Source: Catajapyx aquilonaris
Taxonomy: Eukaryota
Length of the DNA stretch: 64,000 bases
Reading direction: 5' to 3'
Assembly: GCA_000934665.2 (NCBI GenBank)
Contig: JYFJ02001297.1
Span: 1-64,000 of the forward strand
The position numbers and the translations under genes are program-made. Every line of letters starts with the position of its first letter. Position 1 is the first letter of the stretch. Of this stretch, positions 58,991-64,000 are shown in pieces. Below the pieces are notes generated by a model. The model searched no databases. It saw nothing but the letters and a program-made list of their open reading frames with translations, and was not told where the DNA came from.

Positions 58991-61900
58991 AAAAATTCTG
59001 TAGTGCGCGCAGCCAGGTGCCTAATATCTCCTTACAGCCCCATTTTTATTATTTATTCTTCTCAGGGAGGAGAAATATTAAGACCTGGTCCCCAACATCG
59101 TCCTTCTCTTCCGCCCTAAGCATCAATACCGGCAGTGACGTCATGGTATTTCAAATGCGTTTATCTCCGTCATGGTGCCCAAATCGACAAAATCAACTCG
59201 AGTAATTTCGTCTTAATCTTATAAGGATCCTACATCCGAGAGGAAGTGAGCACCTCTGGCACCACCCTCTATGCCGAGATATGCACACTATAGCCTCGCT
59301 GATTATGTTAAATTTTAAAAATAGGTTTATCCAACCGCGGGATCTCTAGCTACAGCCATGCATGCTATTAGGTATCGCATGTCATAAAAGCCATGATGAG
59401 TCTGTTATGTCCTGAGGTTTTTCTCACGCTTCCCTGCCTATTCTTTCCTTAGTGCGAAGCAGCGATTACTATTAAAGCAACAAAAGTGGTTCTTTTAATA
59501 GTGCTCCCATTTGCTCCAAAAATATTCATAATTACTTACAACTCTGGTTCACATGTCATATTCGATGGTCCTCTGAGTCGTATTCGCGTGGTTTTCTCGG
59601 GGTTCTCCCAATTCTCTCCCTTTCAAAATCCATCTGCAGTGCAGAATTGAAGACGGGTATTCAAGAGAAGTTCCCATTGTAACCTATTATTAGCCTATTA
59701 TTTCAAGTCGTAAATTGTCGCCTTTGCACGCTTCCAACACAATACATAGCTAATCAGTATGCGACGCATTCGTCGTCTCTGCGAGAAAGATCCATTCCAG
59801 GTATTGCTGGCACAAACGAATCCGAATACCAGACAAGATATCTACAGAACCGCGGTCGGCCTTGAGACCAGCAGTTGAATGGTGGTTGTATTAATTTATA
59901 GACAGTATACTGTCTTCCAAACCTCTCAACCTTTGTGCGGTTTTCTGTACGAATCACACATTATAACTTTTGAAAACAACAATACAAACACTATCCCGTG
60001 TCGATGACCCTCATCTGTATACTAACGTTCCAACCTATGAAAATCATTCGGCGGTTAGGAATACACCAGATGACAATTTTTCGAATGTATGTCCTGCGAC
60101 TCCTGCCCCCAATAATGATTGATTTCTTCCGACACCACACGGATACATGGTGATCCAATTTAGCTCTCCGCACTGGTTATCCCAATTGGCACTATTGACT
60201 ATTTGCCTTCCATCGCACTAGACCACTAGAAATCGTGAGAAAGACCCGAATCGTCCCCCCCTTTTAAAAAAAATATTGCTTTTGTCTTCGAATCGGGAAT
60301 TATTACCATCCGGGACGTGTGGGAATACTTCCTGCTCCCATTTATTTATCCCCAACTGCAGCATATGCGGATGTCTGCAACACTGTCACCTGCGAATTTA
60401 CTATCGGTTACTTTACAGTGAACAACCTTTTGCAGTTCCTATTTCACATACTACAGCACATGCAAAATTATCGATATATATCCACCATTTCGTCGCCAGC
60501 TACTGTTGCAAGCAAAAACTATGCAATGGTTATTGATCGATCTTGCTCTGCGTTCGTTGTATAGCAATAAAACCTTGCGCGCGGTGCGTGCCAAGTATAT
60601 CGAAAAATGCATCGATATAGATGCGGCCAACGTCACGATTTATGACCACGTTATGAGGCAGGGGAAATTACTTCCTTAATAATTCTGATTTGCCTATTAT
60701 AATGAATTAGGATGCGACTGCACATGCACTGAAAATAGTGCCGAGTTTTGGTCAAAAGTAGGATACGAACCGGCGCGGCGCAGACTGACATTGCAATGCC
60801 CACATTAACAATGCAGAGCTACCAATTCAATTGACTGTACTTGGCCTACATAAACGGAGTCGGCCATACAGTAGCTTCAAAATCGCCCACCTATTTTTAT
60901 CCCTATACATTATATTATTAACTGTGGCCGCTACGCGACTCACATCAAGCTGACAACAATTAAAATTATGAAAGTTGCCATAAAACATCACGCAATCCAT
61001 GCCTTTCGCATGAAATCGCCAAAATCCTGGCACCTTGCCAGAAGTCATTATAAGACATCAAGGTATACCCGCAGCACTTGGCGTGACGTACTGAAAATGT
61101 CCCAGTGTATTCATTGTGCAGATGACGTCACGGGAATCACCCTGAATCGAGAATAATGAACGCTAAGAAGCAGTCAGGCGTCGCTCAAATTAGAGGTCGA
61201 CGACTCCTATACTCAACCCTCCCTTATCTATGCCTTCTCGAGAAAAAGAAGCTGCGGAATTTATTATTAGACCTTCCAGGTACTGGTTTCTGGTTTGTGA
61301 CAAACCTCTTATACCTAACTCATCTTTCATTTCTCTCTAGTCGTTCCCCCTCTCGTCCAGGGTTCCGTTTTCTACACACAAATGCCGCCTTCTCAGTTAC
61401 ATCAATCTGAATTTCAAGCAACACTTTATAGTCAAAAATCAACCACACACACAAAAAAACTGGACGTAGCCACCATAGCATTGTTCCTCTTCTTGCAGGA
61501 CGCAACTAGAACGGAACTACAGCGTGACAGATAACCATCAACCAGCGGACCTTTTTTTTATTATTATTATAGTTGTACTTTCCTACTTTTCCGGCTTCAT
61601 GACGTGGTCTACTGATCTCCCGGAAGCAAATCGCCAAAAAAATTTCAGAGCCGGCCCCCGTAAGCTATTATCGCAGCCACTATTTGCAGATTAGATGGCT
61701 TTCTAACGAGTCCAACGGAATGCCAGATAATCAAAAAACAAGCAGTATCGGATAACAACGTACCGGAAAAATCAGTTGCCGATACTGCCCAACATAGCCG
61801 AGATATCTCGAGTATCAAATTCCTTTGTCCTGTACATATCAGATATCACGTGTTTATCAAGTGGCCTGCGACATTTTTCGAAGCTAAGAAATGATAAGTC

Positions 61901-64000
61901 GCGCATTTTCTTTCCACGTCACGTACAATGGAACTGAACGGTTGTAACAGACAACTCAATGGACGTAATTCCCGCCCCCCCCCCCACCCCCCAAATATGC
62001 ATAATTACTCCTCGTCCAGGTTCAGGTCTTCCATAATAATTGGCATCTGCAAAGAACCGCCGACGAAGACGCATCAGCACGTGCACCGTGTTTAAACACA
62101 TCGCCCTTGGCCCACTGCACATGGGAACCACTGAAAGACCTCACCTTGACCTATCCCACGGCCTTCAAATTTTTTGACCAATTCAGACACGCCGCCAAAA
62201 TTGCCCGACAGCAAATTATGGAACCCGACATACACCTGTGGTATTGCGTATATCGGGTTCCATTTAAAAATTTTAAAAAATCCCACCAGGGGGCAAGAAA
62301 TTTTGGAAAATACCCAGGTGTCCTTGCAGTCTTGGGTCGAATATTTGAACCCCGACCTTGAGGCCAACACGTGACAATCGCCATTTCCGGCCAGGAAGAC
62401 CAGGTGCAATATTCTCACTTTTTTTTAAACTGTTTTTCCACCCTGTCAAGGACATGTCGCACGTGACGCAAAAGGACATTTAATGCCCTCCAGATTCCAA
62501 TCTGATTTTTTTTTTAAATAAAAAAAAGTCAGCTTTTTGGCTTCTGATCAACTTCTAGTGGCATCAACATTACGTGTATGCGTTTGCAATTGCTATAGAT
62601 CTGTACTCTCAAATGATTTACAACCATCCGAGTCTATTCATAGTGTTAAACAATAGACGCCTTTATCTCGGCCATGATTGGTCGTAGTCACACGCATTTC
62701 CTCCACCGAAATTTTCCTTGGCCCACATGTAATCCGGACAAACTCTGCTTAAAAGGGATGTCGGGGGTGTCTCAAAACTGCGGGGCTTTCACCCTATCAA
62801 CGTCTCTTTATGCAGATAGGCTCATCAGGCTTCTCTCTTCGCCAAAATTGGGACTCCCCAAATGATGCTTAAGGAACTTCTTATCGCCGGATTAAGGTAC
62901 AGTCGCCAGCAGAAAGATGTGGGTACCGTCCACATCTTCATGTTAGCGACTGTACATCTACTTAGCCTCGGGAATTTTGCACAACCTGTCGGGTCAAGGT
63001 TGTTTTCACTTTTTCGCGAAAAAAACAATGGTTTGCAACCAAGGAAGTTATGAAATATCAGCAACAGGCACTTAATAATGTGATGTAAACAAACTCACGC
63101 GCGCTATACCATGCGGTCCTAGTACGCCGTAATAAATCAGCCATAATTATTGTGCCACGACCCATAATGATAACCCCCATCCAGTAAATAATAAACATTT
63201 ACAATTCACCATGCAAAAAAAAAAACTCGCAAAACTGCCAAATCCTGCTGGCTCGATTCCAAAATGGCGAATATTCTGATCTAGTCATGTCAGTCCTAAA
63301 TGTCCTGAAATGTCGGACCATAACAATCAAGATTTGCACATATCCAAGATGGCGCCTTTTTCCTGCAAAATCACGCCAAATGTATAAAAAAGGGTTGTTT
63401 TTTTTTCTCAAGGCCCTTTGGTTATGTGCAATTCAGTAGTGTCTATCAGGTTGTGACTGACATGTGCCGGTATCCACTTCCCTCGGGGGTCATACAGCGC
63501 GAAATTCACGCATGGTCAATCTGATGAAACTGACCTCTCCCTGTACGCAATTTCAGGCCTGAATCACCCGGTACTAATTGCAACGGTGTACACACCGCTG
63601 GGGAAAAACAAGTCAAACAAAGTGATGACAACAGACAAGGCCATTTTACGCTGTCCTTGTGCGGCGCAAGACAATGCACAGTGCGTGTCTAATAGAACTG
63701 GTCGATACATCGATATGGCTGGTCCATGCACCATGTTGCATTGTACTACACCATACTGACTACCAGCAGGTAACAACAGGTACCTTAAACATGGTCCGAT
63801 ACACCCGCCGTCGTTCCCAACGATCCGGTACTACAGGTACCGCATCCTGTACCACACTGGGTATTCCGCACAAAAGTGGAAAAGTGGGGTCGAGAAATGG
63901 GGAGTCCTACTCTCAAGCACGATCGATATGAGACTAGTCGGGCCTTTTTCGTGTTCTCGAGGCGGCAAATGCGCAGGGCGGAAAATTAGAGGTAGTACGC

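Noticed and set aside
59000..64000. Many 60-108 aa ORFs in the last 5 kb
   Set aside because: No homology I can recognise and no consistent exon chain. Treated as intergenic or intronic DNA.

Overview
Eukaryotic, intron-rich genomic DNA, most likely from an arthropod with gene-body methylation (inference). I see no prokaryotic features such as operons, CRISPR, rRNA or true tRNA. Three spliced protein-coding genes can be assembled from GT-AG sites with consistent phases. (1) A 3-exon START-domain lipid-transfer gene (STARD10/PCTP-like, 269 aa) on the + strand at 2951-5705. (2) A small secreted 8-cysteine peptide gene on the - strand at 12365-11451. (3) A large - strand gene at 55633-14793 (about 1540 aa in my 17-exon model) with an N-terminal SxIP motif, a CAP-Gly domain, a long disordered region, an MTUS1/MTUS2 (toucan-like) coiled coil and a C-terminal ESEV motif. 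Gene 3 also has a candidate internal first exon (24508-23998) and several phase-1 cassette exons in a CpG-rich stretch (about 22.1-40.2 kb) flanked by CpG-depleted DNA. Introns and UTRs are dense with non-autonomous elements: Tc1/mariner/pogo-, hAT-, Harbinger-, piggyBac- and Sola-like MITEs, a Helitron, tRNA-derived SINEs and a decayed hAT-type transposase fragment. All calls come from reading the sequence by eye; no searches were run.
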